Assembly: GCA_002269645.1 (NCBI GenBank)
Contig: NIVC01002607.1
Span: forward strand, 11,967-75,966
Length of the DNA: 64,000 nt
Direction: 5' to 3'
Source of the DNA: Macrostomum lignano
Taxonomy: Eukaryota
The notes under the pieces were generated by a model. That model saw only the letters and a program-made list of their open reading frames with translations, searched no databases and was not told the DNA's origin. The translations under genes were made by a program, and so were the position numbers. This document shows, in pieces, positions 35,026 to 46,914 of the stretch; position 1 is the first letter of the stretch, and each line of letters starts with the position of its first letter.

Positions 35026-38000
35026 CTGGGTTTAGGGTTGCAGTTAGATCACGTGTGTATCTTGTTTGCTTATCTCTCTCCTGTCTCTTCTCACCCTTCA
35101 TTTGTTCCCCATCTGTCTGTCTCAGTGACTCTCCTGTCTCTTCTCACCCTTCATTTGTTCCCCATCTGTCTGTCTCAGTGACCCTCCTGTCTCTTCTCAC
35201 CCTTCATTTGTTCCCCATCTGTCTGTCTCAGTGACTCTCCTGTCTCTTCTCACCCTTCATTTGTTCCCCATCTGTCTGTCTCAGTGACTCTCCTGTCTCT
35301 TCTCACCCTTCATTTGTTCCCCATCTGTCTGTCTCAGTGACTCTTCCTGTCTCTTCTCACCCATCATCTGTTCTTGTCTGTCTGTCTCAGTGACTCTTCC
35401 TGTCTCTTCTCACCCTTCATCTGTTCCTTGTCTGTCTGTCTCAGTGACTCTCCTGTCTCTTCTCACCCTTCATCTGCTCCTTATGTGTTCGTCTCAGTGA
35501 CTCTCCTGTCTCTTCTCACCCTTCATCTGTTCCTTGTCTGTCTGTCTCAGTGACCCTCCTGTCTCTTCTCACCCTTCATCTGTTCCTTGTCTGTCTGTCT
35601 CAGTGACTCTCCTGTCTCTTCTCACCCTTCATTTGTTCCTTGTCTGTCTGTCTCAGTGACTCTTCTGTTTCTTCTCACCCTTCATTTGTTCCTTGTCTGT
35701 CTGTCTCAGTGACTCTTCTGTTTCTTCTCACCCTTCATTTGTTCCTTGTCTGTCTGTCTCAGTGACTCTTCTGTTTCTTCTCACCCTTCATCTGCTCCTG
35801 TCTCTCTGCTATTCTCCTATATACTAAAATTGTGATGTCCTGCAAATCTATCTGTGCGTCTGTACCCGCACTCACCGTATTAATCAGTTCCCTATTTCGC
35901 ATGTCTTGACGCCATTCTTGAACGTACAGTTTTGGAATCACTGGATGCGCCTGCGAGTGCCATGGGATCCTGCGCAAGTTTGTGCAGATTTTTATGTTAT
36001 AATTGTTTTCTACACATTGTAAATCGTGTCAAAACTTACCGAACATCGTTACCCTGAGTTAGGGCATTGCAGGGCCTACTGTTTGCAGCCATTACGCTCG
36101 TATTCTTTTGATTAGAAAAAATATTGAATCTAGGAAAAATATAGAAATTCAACCTTTGCTATATTTGCCTTCTTTCGTCTGAAATATAACGGGCTCAATA
36201 TATGCTTAGGGATTGAATTCACTCTGAAGTTTTCTTGCCGTCTCGTTGCTAGGCAGGGCGAGGGCAGTGAGTGAGGGAGAAGGCGACAGGGGTAGAGAGA
36301 ACGGGACTTTGATGCACTTATCAGACAATGGCCTATTTACTGTACACTGCATATACTGCGTACATGAATTCTGCGTACTTTGTCGTCTATTCTGTTATGT
36401 TAGCTGAGGCTTCGCGACAGTCTTTATGGGGCTCAGGACTGTCTTACTGAGTCTGATGCCTCAGGACTGTCTTAGTCTGATGCCTCAGGACTGTCTTACT
36501 GAGTCTGATGCCTCAGGACTGTCTTACTGAGTCTGGTGCCTCAGGACTGTCTTACTGAGTCTGATGCCTCAGGACTGTCTTACTTAGTCTGATGCCTCAG
36601 GACTGTCTTACTGAGTCTGATGCCTCAGGACTGTCTTACTGAGTCTGATGCCTCAGGACTGTCTTACTGAGTCTGATGCCTCAAGACTGTCTTACTGAGT
36701 CTGATGCTTCACAGGACTGTCCTACTGAGTCTGATGCCTCAGGACTGTCTTACTGAATCTGATGCCTCAGGACTGTCTTTATACCCCTTATCAATAAATC
36801 TGATTTTGAAGAAGGCATCGCACAAAAAGATCACACAGAAAACAGGATCAGTTTCTAGAGATTCAGCGATCGAAGCTTTCTATATTTATAAGTGTGTATA
36901 GAGTGCAAAGTTTAACAAAAAACAGCTGCAGAATGCTTCATAAACAGAGAAGAAATATGAGTAACATTGTTGTGCTTCTATTGCAGTGCATTGATAAAAT
37001 TGCGAGGTTACTTTTTGTTTCATATACATTACATAATCGGACAATATTTTTCGATTAGTTATTAAATAATACTAGTACGAGCGTATATAGCCAAAAAGGT
37101 TAATATTCGCAGAACTTATTCGATGGCTCTGTATCCTGTAATTGTTTCTATTTGCCTCGTCCATAAAACAGCCAATCTGTCGGGATCTGTTTGTGCATCT
37201 GCGGGACGCATCTGGGACTTCCTGGCGGACTCCAGTGGCCGTTTAGACAGATGGCGTGCGTATGACCTCGAAGCACGTGACCCTTCTCGGTGCACTCGAA
37301 TTTCACCAGCTCCTCGCTGTCTGACAATGTCTCCGGTCGGGTCCAGGGGTTTTTCTGGCCTTCCGGTCCAAGTAGCCACTTGGCAACGTTGGGTTCGGAG
37401 TTTATCCAGGGACAGCGTTCTGGCAGTGTGGGGTCGGCGTCTTATAAGATTTACATGTAAGATTCTATTACTGGTTAACTCTCTGACGTCCTTTTTGGGT
37501 ATCCCCCTGACATCCATTCTGGTTAACTCTCTGACGTCCTTTTTGGGTATCCCCCTGACATCCATTCTGGTTAACTCTCCGACGTCCTTTTTGGGTATCC
37601 CCCTGACATCCATTCTGGTTAACTCTCCGACGTCCTTTTTGGGTATCCCCCTGACATCCATTCTGGTTAACTCTCTGACGTCCTTTTTGGGTATCCCCCT
37701 GACATCCATTCTGGTTAACTCTCTGACGTCCTTTTTGGGTATCCCCCTGACATCCATTCTGGTTAACTCTCCGACGTCCTTTTTGGGTATCCCCCTGACA
37801 TCCATTCTGGTTAACTCTCCGACGTCCTTTTTGGGTATCCCCTGACATCCATTCTGGTTAACTCTCTGACGTCCTTTTTGGGTATCCCCCTGACATCCAT
37901 TCTGGTTAACTCTCTGACGTTCTTTTTGGGTATCCCCCTGACATCCATTCTGGTTAACTCTCCGACGTCCTTTTTGGGTATCCCCCTGACATCCATTCTG

Positions 38001-41000
38001 GTTAACTCTCCGACGTCCTTTTTGGGTATCCCCCTGACATCCATTCTGGATAACTCTCTGACGTCCTTTCTGGTTAACTCTCTGATGTCCTTTCTGGATA
38101 ACTCTCTGACATCCTTGCTGGATAACTCTCTGACATCCTTGCTGGATAACTCTCTGACGTCCTTTCTGGATAACTCTCTGACGTCCTTTCTGGAAAACTC
38201 TCTGACGTCCTTTCTGGATAACTCTCTGACATCCTTGCTAAATAACTCTCTGACGTCCTTTCTGGATAACTCTCTGACATCCTTGCTGGATAACTCTCTG
38301 ACGTCCTTTCTGGGTAACTCTCTGACGTCCTTTCTGGGTAACTCTCTGACGTCCTTTCTGGATAACTCTCTGACGTCCTATGTAACTCTCTGACGTCCTT
38401 TCTGGGTAACCCCCTGACATCCCTTCTGGGTAACTCTCTGACGGCCTTTCTGGGTAACTCTCTGACATCCTTTCAGATACTCCATAAAGTCATTTGTTGG
38501 TGACTCCCCGACATCCCCATCCTGTCAAGTGCAGATCCGCAGTATTTGAGACCAGCAATAGATCCAGCTAGTCTTACTTACTTTTCGTGCAAACCGGCCT
38601 CGACCCAGCCCACTTCCCGTAGCGACAAACAACGGAACTGCTTCCGCTCGACATCTCGTAGCCAACGTAGCAGCTGTACATCGCACGGTCATTGTGCCGG
38701 GTGCTGTAAAATCTCGCTATGCCGTTCTTCACTATCGGCGGCCTATCGTTGCAGTCCTCTGAATTTTTGTTGTTTTTTAGAGATTTTATACTTGTTATTT
38801 TTTGTTTATAAATGGTATTGTATAAGTAGTACAGTTAAGATGTTTAGGATCTGTATTTGAGTTTTCTTAAATAGCCCTCCTCCTTAGATTATCAACAATA
38901 GGTATTCGAACATTATAGGAACCAACCCTATCTAACGCCTATTCGAACTATAATCCACACCTGTTCAAACTATAGAATGAACAGCCCTATCTAACACCTG
39001 TTCCAACTATAGAATGAACAGCCCTATCTAACACCTGTTCAAACTATAGAATGAACAGCCCTATCTAACACCTGTTCAAACTATAGAATGAACAGCCCTA
39101 TCTAACACCTGTTCAAACTATAGAATGAACAGCCCTATCTAACACTTGTTCAAAATGGAACGAGCAGCCCTAACTTACACCTACTTAAACTAGAATGAAC
39201 AACCCTATCCAACATTCAAATACAAGCTATTCGTATTTTCTTAAACCATAGCAGCCAGTCAACAACATGCAGTTGATCCTCACTTGGAATGCACTCGGGC
39301 AGTCGAGTCCACGATCCATTATTGCACCTGGGATAGTACACAGTCTTCAGCTGGTACTCTTCCCTGCATTGCACATTCAGCGTGGTATCCGAGGGCACTT
39401 TACCACGAGCTATCGGCCCACCGGCTCTGCCGATGTACACCCGAGCGTGCGGTATTGTCGGCGAATCGCAGTGCTTCCTGCAACGAGGCGGTGCCGGCAG
39501 CCATTGTCCGGAGTTCTGGCATACGATTCGGCCAGCATTTTCGCCTTCAAACTTTGTCCCGTCCATACAGGTGTAAGCTACGGTGGAGCCGAAGGTCGTG
39601 CTACTGTAGATTGGCCGAAGAGCGTTAGGCACGAACGGTGGCGGTCCGCAGTCCTGAATGCTGCACGTCGGATCTGAACCGTCCCAGGTGCCGTCCCGAC
39701 GGCAGAGACGCTTATTGTGACCATTCAGTCGGTAGCCAGGATTGCAGAAATATTCGGCCACGCTGTTGACCGTGTTGCGTCCGGCTTTTGTGTAACCGTT
39801 GGCCGGGTTGTCAAGGTCTGGGCAGCGGACAGCTGGATTTCAGTGGTTGATTGCTTCAGTTGTAGGTTTTAAAGGATTCTGATGCTCAGGGCTGCCTTAC
39901 TGAGTCTGATATGCTTTAGGGCTGTCTTATTGAGTCTGATATGCTTCAGGACTGTCTTACTGAGTCTGATATGCCTCAGGGCTGTCTTACTGAGTCTGAT
40001 ATGCTTCAGGAATGTCTTACTGAGTCTGATATGCTTCAGGGCTGTCTTATTGAGTCTGATATGCTTCAGGACTGTCTTACTGAGTCTGATATGCCTCAGG
40101 GCTGTCTTACTGAGTCTGATATGCTTCAGGAATGTCTTACTGAGTCTGATGCCTCAGGACTGTCTTACTGAGTCTGATGCCTCAGGACTGTCTTACTGAG
40201 TCTGATGCTTCACAGGACTGTCTTACTGAGTCTGATGCCTCAGGACTGTCTTACTGAGTCTGATGCTTCACAGGACTGTCCTACTGAGTCTGATGCCTCA
40301 GGACTGTCTTACTGAGTCTGATGCCTCAGGACTGTCTTACTGAGTCTGATGCTTCACAGGACTGTCTTACTGAGTCTGATGCTTCACAGGACTGTCTTAC
40401 TGAGTCTGATGCTTCACAGGACTGTCTTACTGAGTCTGATGCTTCACAGGACTGTCTTACTGAGTCTGATGCTTCACAGGACTGTCTTACTGAGTCTGAT
40501 GCTTCACAGGACTGTCTTACTGAGTCTGATGCTTCACAGGACTGTCTTACTGAGTCTGATGCTTCACAGGGCTGTCTTACTGAGTCTGATATGCCTCAGG
40601 GCTGTCTTACTGAGTCTGATGCTTCACAGGACTGTCTTACTGAGTCTGATGCTTCACAGGACTGTCTTACTGAGTCTGATGCTTTACAGGACTGTCTTAC
40701 TGAGTCTGATGCTTCACAGGGCTGTCTTACTGAGTCTGATATGCCTCAGGGCTGTCTTACTGAGTCTGATATGCTTCAGGATTGTCTTACTGAGTCTGAT
40801 ATGCTTCAGGAATGTCTTACTGAGTCTGATATGCTTCAGGGCTGTCTTACTGAGTCTGATATGCTTCAGGGCTGTCTTACTGAGTTTAATGCTTCGGGGG
40901 TTTCTTTTGTGTTTAAATGATTTATACTCCATCTAATGACGAGCGAGTACCCTAAAAACGTCTTCATCAATCAAGCTTACTGTTGCAGCTGGGCAAATTG

Positions 41001-44000
41001 CCAGACCAGTGTCCACTCGCTTCGCAAGCTCTCACTTGACCTGAAATTTGTGTCAAGGCAAACTTTTGCTACTACTTGTTACAGTAGTATAAATCGACAA
41101 CGCTATTTAGATTATATTCTAACTCAACTGACATTATTTTGAAGTTTTTTAATGGTTGTACACGTTTAAAATCCTGGAGAAATGGAAGTTTAAATGTAAA
41201 TACAAGTGAAATAAAGTTAAAACTACTAGATAATAAACTTCAAACCCTAGATAATGAAGTTCAGCCTCTAGATAAGGAACTTCAAACCCTAGATAATAAA
41301 CTTCAAACCCTAGATATTAAACTTCAAACCCTAGATAATAAACTTCAAACCCTAGATAATAAACTTCAAACCCTAGATATTAAACTTCAAACCCTAGATA
41401 ATAAACTTCAAACCCTAGATAATCAAGTTCAGCCTCTAGATAATGAACTTCAAACCCTAGATAATAAACTTCAAACCCTAGATATTAAACTTCAAACCCT
41501 AGATAATGAACTTCAAACCCTAGATAATAAACTTCAAACCCTAGATATTAAACTTCAAACCCTAGATAATAAACTTCAAACCCTAGATAATCAAGTTCAG
41601 CCTCTAGATAATGAACTTCAAACCCTAGATAATAAACTTCAAACCCTAGATATTAAACTTCAAACCCTAGATAATGAACTTCAAACCCTAGATAATAAAC
41701 TTCAAACCCTAGATAATAAACTTCAAACCCTAGATAATAAACTTCAAACCCTAGATAATAAACTTCAAACCTTAGATAATGAAGTTCCAACTAGTTTGCA
41801 TCATTAGAATTGAAAGTCTCATGAATAAAAAATCTGTTTATTCACATCCTGGCGAGTGTTCCGGGCATTCGATTCTGTAGCCTTCGTTGCAAAAGTACGA
41901 AACCTTTTGACCGAACGTGTAGTTTCGGTTTAAATGTCGGCCATTTATTGGGGTGCCCGGATCGCCGCAGTTTATTACTGAAATGAGGAGAGATTTGCAG
42001 CAGATTCTATGAACTGGGGCAGATTCTATGCACTGGGGCAGATTCTATAAATTGTGCAGATTCTATGCACTGGGGCAGATTCTATAAATTGTGCAGATTC
42101 TATGCACTGGGGCAGATTCTATGCACTGGGGCAGATTCTGTGCACTGGGGCAGATTCTATAAATTGTGCAGATTCTATGCCCTGGGGCAGATTCTATGCA
42201 CTGGGGCAGATTCTATGAACTGGGGCAGATTCTATGCATTGGGAAGCAGATTCTGTGCACTTGAGCGGATTCTGTGAATTAGAGCAGATTCTGTGAACTG
42301 GGGCAGATTCTATGAATTGGGAGATTCTTTGAAATGGGGCAGATTCTTTGAAATGGGGCAGATTCTTTGAAATGGGGCAGATTCTTTGAAATGGGGCAGA
42401 TTCTATGCACTGGGGCAGATTCTTTGCACTGGGGCAGATTCTATGCACTGGGGCAGATTCTATGCACTGGGGCAGATTCTATAAACTGGGCAGATTCTAC
42501 GAACTGGGGCAGATTCTATGCACTGGGGCAGATTCTATGCACTGGGGCAGATTCTATGCACTGGGGCAGATTCTATGAACTGGGGCAGATTCTATGAATT
42601 GGGAGATTCTTTGAAATGGGGCAGATTCTTTGAAATGGGGCAGATTCTATGCACTGGGGCAGATTCTTTGCACTGGGGCAGATTCTATGCACTGGGGCAG
42701 ATTCTATGCACTGGGGCAGATTCTATAAATTGTGCAGATTCTATGCACTGGGGCAGATTCTATGCACTGGGGCAGATTCTATGCACTGGGGCAGATTCTA
42801 TAAATTGTGCAGATTCTATGCACTGGGGCATATTCTATGCACTGGGGCAGATTCTATGAACTGGGGCAGATTCTATAAATTGTGCAGATTCTATGCACTG
42901 GGGCAGATTCTATGCATTGAGAAGCAGATTCTGTGCACTGGGGCGGATTCTGTGAATTAGAGCACATTCTGTGAACTGGGGCAGATTCTATGAATTGTGA
43001 GATTCTTTGAAATGGGGCAGATTCTTTGAAATGGGGCAGATTCTATGAAATGGGGCAGATTCTATGAAGTTGGGCTTTTTCTATAAACTAAGGATTGGAG
43101 AGGCAGAATAAAGGGCTGATGGAGAGCAGAGGCAGACTCAAGTGTCAAACCGCTTACACGAGCAGGTAAGATCTTGAATATTCCATTGTCCATTTGAGCA
43201 GACGGCGGTCACGGCGAGGCCAGGTGCTGCGGCAGTGTAGCCAGGCGCACAGGTGTAGCTGAACATCTCCCCGTCTGAGTAGGTCGATTTTCTCACGTCC
43301 GGAGCCGGATCCAAAATGGTGTGTGGCTGGACCTTCGGCCGGCCGCAGGGAGAAGTGTTGCCGGATGCTGTTAGATGGCAAGCAATAGTTTGAGTATTGA
43401 GTGACCTCTGCCTCTTCACCATCCCCCGATTCTTGAGTGACCTCCGGTCGTCTCTTCACCATCCCCCGATTCTTCAGTGACCTCTGCCTCTTCACCATCC
43501 CCCCGATTCTTCAGTGACCTCTGCCTCTTCACCATCCCCCGATTCTTCAGTGACCTCTGCCTCTTCACCATCCCCCGATTCTTCAGTGACCTCTGCCTCT
43601 TCACCATCCCCCGATTCTTCAGTGACCTCTGCCTCTTCACCATCCCCCCGATTCTTCAGTGACCCCCGGTCGTCTCTTCACCATCCCCCGATTCTTCAGT
43701 GACCTCCGCCTCTTCACCATCCCCCGATTCTTCAGTGACCTCCAATTTTTCACCATCCCCCGATTCTTCAGTGACCTCCGCCTCTTCACCATCCCCCGAT
43801 TCTTCAGTGACCTCCAATTTTTCACCATCCCCCGATTCTTCAGTGACCTCCGCCTCTTCACCATCCCCCGATTCTTCAGTGACCTCCACTTTTTCACCAT
43901 TCCCCGATTCTTCAGTGACCTCCAATTTTTCACCATCCCCCGATTCTTCAGTGACCTCCGTCTCTTCACCATCCCCCGATTCTTCAGTGACCTCCGCCTC

Positions 44001-46914
44001 TTCACCATCCCCCGATTCTTCAGTGACCTCCAATTTTTCACCATCCCCGATTCTTCAGTGACCTCCGCCTCTTCACCATCCCCCGATTCTTCAGTGACCT
44101 CCAATTTTTCACCATCCCCCGATTCTTCAGTGACCTCCGCCTCTTCACCATCCCCCGATTCTTCAGTGACCTCCAATTTTTCACCATCCCCCGATTCTTC
44201 AGTGACCTCCGCCTCTTCACCATCCCCCGATTCTTCAGTGACCTCCGGTCGTCTCTTCACCATCCCCTGATTCTTCAGTGACCTCCGGTCGTCTCTTCAC
44301 CATCCCCCGATTCTTCAGTGACCTCCGCCTCTTCACCATCCCCCGATTCTTCAGTGACCTCCACTTTTTCACCATTCCCCGATTCTTCAGTGACCTCCAC
44401 TTTTTCACCATTCCCCGATTCTTCAGTGACCTCCGGTCGTTTATTCACCATCCCCAGATTCTTCAGTGACCTCCGGTCGTCTCTTCACCATCCCCTGATT
44501 CTTCAGTGACCTCCGGTCGTCTCTTCACCATCCCTGATTATTCAGTGACTTCCGCCTCTTCACCATCCCCCAATTATTCAGTGACATTCGCCTCTTCATT
44601 ATTTCTCCATTCTTCAGTGCTCTCACCTGATACACAGCGTCCCCTTCGCTCTTTTGGAACAGTCCACTTCAAATTAGCTTTGCAGGTGACAATTGATGAG
44701 CCAATCAGTCGGTAGCCACTATTGCAGGTGTAAGTCACTGTTTGGCCAACCCTGTTTTCGTTTCCGCTAATTGCTCGAGTTTTGTTACCGTTCGGCACCT
44801 CGGCAAGACCCTCGCAACCAGCGTCTGAAAAATGTTTTATAGTATTATTCTATAAAAATAAAATTACGCCACAGTCCATATTGTTTACATCAGTACTAGA
44901 CCACGGCCTCTCAACCCTGTCACGCCATTGGGTTATATTGATTCTCTCTATATGCGGCCCCTCACCCACACCCCATGTGGTTATATCGATTCTTTCTACG
45001 TGCGGCCCCTCACCTCCAACCCCCACCCCATGGGGTTATATCGATTCTCTCTATGTGCGGCCCCTCACCTCCAACCCTCACCCCGTGGGGTTATATCGAT
45101 TCTCTCTATGTGCGGCCCCTCACCTCCAACCCCACCCCATCGGGTTATGTATTGATTCTCTCTGTGTGCGGCCCCTCACCTCCAACCCCCACCCCATGGG
45201 ATTATATCGATTCTCTCTATGTGCGGCCCCTCACCTCCAACCCCCACCCCATGGGGTTATATCGATTCTCTCTATGTGCGGCCCCTCACCTCCAACCCCC
45301 ACCCCATGGGGTTATGTATTGATTCTCTCTATGTGCGGCCCCTCACCTCCAACCCCCACCCCATGGGGTTATGTATTGATTCTCTCTGTGTGCGGCCCCT
45401 CACCTCCAACCCCCACCCCATGGGGTTATATTGATTCTCTCTATGTGCGGCCCCTCACCTCCAACCCCACCCCGTGGGGTTATATCGATTCTCTCTATGT
45501 GCGGCCCCTCACCTCCAACCCCCACCCCATGGGGTTATGTATTGATTCTCTCTATGTGCGGCCCCTCACCTCCAACCCCCACCCCATGGGGTTATGTATT
45601 GATTCTCTCTATGTGCGGCCCCTCAACCCCAACCCCACGGGATTATATTGATAAGCAATTAATTCACCGCAGCTCTCACCGGGCGGAACGCAGACAGAAC
45701 CGCAAAGCTCTTTATCGCACACGCAAATCAGGGGCACATCTCTGATTTTGCAGTCGTAGATAGTTGAGCACGATTGCTTTGGACAATTAGAACTGAAAGC
45801 GCCAGGTTTTGGACTGCAATAGGCGCTGCTTCTCTGTGGTGCGGCTGTTAAAAAGAAACGAAGTGGAGAGAATCGTTAAAGTGTTTTCCTGTGTTTTATA
45901 CATGCACTAATGAATGTACATTTGATCTAGGGACTGGGTTTGAGCACTCAATTTAAGCTTTTGGATCGTAATGTACGCACGTAATGTACATTGAACGATT
46001 GAAGCTGAGGCAGGAACCTGTCCATAAACAGTAAAGCGTTTTAGTTGCATAATTAGTATTTATAGCCAACAATAGAATTAATATAAAAAATTTACCTCTT
46101 ACGTAGTGGCTGTTCCTTGAGGCATCCCGTTCAAAGCGTTCATTCAATATGGTCAGAGCTGAAACCATTGAAGTCGCTGAAAAAATAAAATAATTAAGCA
46201 AATGTTTTTGTCTTCTCCCTATTATCTGTCGAACAAAGCAATAAAACTGCGTATAAATAACTATATAATAACTATACTATATAAAAATAATAGAATGGCG
46301 CCCCACACTGATAGAATGGCGCCCCACACTGATAGAATGGCACCCCACACTGATAGAATGGCGCCCCACACTGATAGAATGGCGCCCCACAATGATAGAA
46401 TGGCGCTCCACACTGATAGAATGGCGCCCCACACTGATAGAATGGCGCCCCACCCTGATAGAGTGGCGCCCCACCCTAATAGAATGGCGTCGTCCAACCC
46501 TGATAGAATGGCGCTCACCCTAATAGAATGGCGTCCAACCCTAATAGAATGGCGCCTACCCTAATAGAATGGCGCCCACCCTAATAGAATGGCGCCCCAC
46601 CCTAATAGAATGGCGCCCACCCTGATAGAATGGCGCCCACCCTAATAGAATGGTGCCCCACCCTGATAGAATGGCGCCCACCCTAATAGAATGGCGCCAC
46701 CTTGATAGAATGGCGCCCCACCCTAAAAGAATGGCGCCCCACCCTGATAGAATGGCGCCCACCCTAATAGAATGGCGCCCCACCCACTTACAGGGAATTT
46801 GTACTGGATGAACTTACACGGATTCAACAGTCGAAACAGGCTGATGCAGCACAGAATCGTTGATGCATAAGACAGAGTGGCGGGAATGGGCGACCGCAAA
46901 ATTATCAAAGGCAT
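34831..46914 (-). CDS. lev-9: lev-9-like secreted synaptic scaffold (WAP + 8 CCP/sushi + RxxR site + C-terminal tail), 13 coding exons
   Basis: Contiguous in-frame exon chain (see exon entries). WAP-like C..CDKELCGSVCVPP; eight CCPs, including the family-typical STRHNDRAMYSC...CRYGKW and GHWSP..SPRC....H...W. Architecture matches C. elegans LEV-9 from established knowledge; AATAAA on the minus strand at 34700-34705. Confidence 0.82.
35079..35800. repeat. 53-bp intronic minisatellite
   Basis: CTCAGTGACTCTCCTGTCTCTTCTCACCCTTCATTTGTTCC... period 53. Confidence 0.92.
35876..35969 (-). CDS. 94-nt exon (IPWHSQAHPVIPKLYVQEWRQDMRNRELINT), phase 2 to 0
   Basis: GCGCAG acceptor, GTGAGT donor; only the phase-2 frame is open. 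Confidence 0.7.
36040..36053 (-). CDS. 14-nt microexon (GNDV(R)), phase 0 to 2
   Basis: CTAACTCAG acceptor, GTAAGT donor; supplies exactly the frame needed for the next exon. Confidence 0.65.
36223..36248 (-). CDS. 26-nt microexon ((A)TRRQENFR), phase 1 to 0
   Basis: About 50-nt pyrimidine tract plus CTAG acceptor, GTGAAT donor; completes R-A-T-R-R. Confidence 0.65.
36436..36780. repeat. 28-30 bp minisatellite (CTGAGTCTGATGCCTCAGGACTGTCTTA)
   Basis: Tandem array; same family at 39880-40895. Confidence 0.92.
37156..37440 (-). CDS. CCP8 exon (GC donor)
   Basis: TATAAG|285 nt|GCAAAT; RCPWINSEP...VKFECTEKGHVLRG...ICLNGHWSPPGSPRCVPQMHKQIPTDWLFYGR. Confidence 0.8.
37470..38475. repeat. 45-bp minisatellite grading into its 24-bp sub-unit
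   Basis: 45-mers to ~38050, then CTGGATAACTCTCTGACGTCCTTT 24-mers. Confidence 0.92.
38582..38758 (-). CDS. CCP7 exon
   Basis: AATTCAG|177 nt|GTAAGT; DCNDRPPIVKNG...RHNDRAMYSCYVGY...VCRYGKWAGSRPVC. Confidence 0.92.
38925..39215. repeat. 37-bp minisatellite
   Basis: CTATCTAACACCTGTTCAAACTATAGAATGAACAGCC. Confidence 0.9.
39284..39832 (-). CDS. CCP4-6 exon
   Basis: ATCCAG|549 nt|GTGAGG; three sushi repeats (VRCPDL..., QDCGPP..., KHCDSP...). Confidence 0.95.
39880..40895. repeat. 28-31 bp minisatellite
   Basis: CTGAGTCTGAT(AT)GCTTCA(CA)GGACTGTCTTA. Confidence 0.92.
40981..41040 (-). CDS. CCP3 second half
   Basis: ATTTCAG|60 nt|GTAAGC; (C)QVRACEASGHWSGNLPSCN. Confidence 0.9.
41228..41785. repeat. 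21-bp minisatellite (AAACTTCAAACCCTAGATAAT)
   Basis: Tandem array. Confidence 0.92.
41846..41977 (-). CDS. CCP3 first half
   Basis: CATTTCAG|132 nt|GTGAAT; NCGDPGTPING...YFCNEGYRIECPEHSPG. Confidence 0.9.
42005..43075. repeat. 19-bp minisatellite (GGGGCAGATTCTATGCACT)
   Basis: Tandem array. Confidence 0.92.
43158..43367 (-). CDS. CCP2 exon
   Basis: CTAACAG|210 nt|GTAAGC; PCGRP...YTCAPGY...VCSNGQW...TC. Confidence 0.92.
43400..44600. repeat. 36-bp minisatellite (CTTCAGTGACCTCCGCCTCTTCACCATCCCCCGATT)
   Basis: Fills the CCP1-CCP2 intron almost to both splice sites. Confidence 0.93.
44627..44824 (-). CDS. CCP1 exon
   Basis: TTTTTCAG|198 nt|GTGAGA; GCEGLAEVPNG...TYTCNSGYRLIG...TCKANLKW...C. 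Confidence 0.92.
44925..45650. repeat. ~57-61 bp minisatellite
   Basis: TATCGATTCTCTCTATGTGCGGCCCCTCACCTCCAACCCCCACCCCATGGGGTTA units. Confidence 0.9.
45680..45844 (-). CDS. lev-9-like WAP-domain exon
   Basis: TTTTTAACAG|165 nt|GTGAGA; YCSPKPGAFSSNCPKQSCSTIYDCKIRDVPLICVCDKELCGSVCVPP (8 Cys). Confidence 0.88.
46291..46785. repeat. 20-21 bp minisatellite (GATAGAATGGCGCCCCACACT)
   Basis: Tandem array ending a few nt from an exon donor. Confidence 0.92.
46818..46914 (-). CDS. lev-9-like candidate first coding exon (signal-peptide-like MPLIILRSPIPATLSYASTILCCISLFRLLNP)
   Basis: 97 nt ending in phase 1 at GTAAGT, compatible with the WAP exon; acceptor TTTGCACAG at 46949. The start codon is not certain. 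Confidence 0.45.

Noticed and set aside
37468-44715. Repeat ORFs resembling coiled-coil or acidic proteins (LQTLDNK, VTEESGDGEEAE, QDCLTESDA)
   Set aside because: They lie in introns of the lev-9-like gene, have unit lengths divisible by 3, and lack their own starts or splice sites; including them would disrupt CCP spacing.
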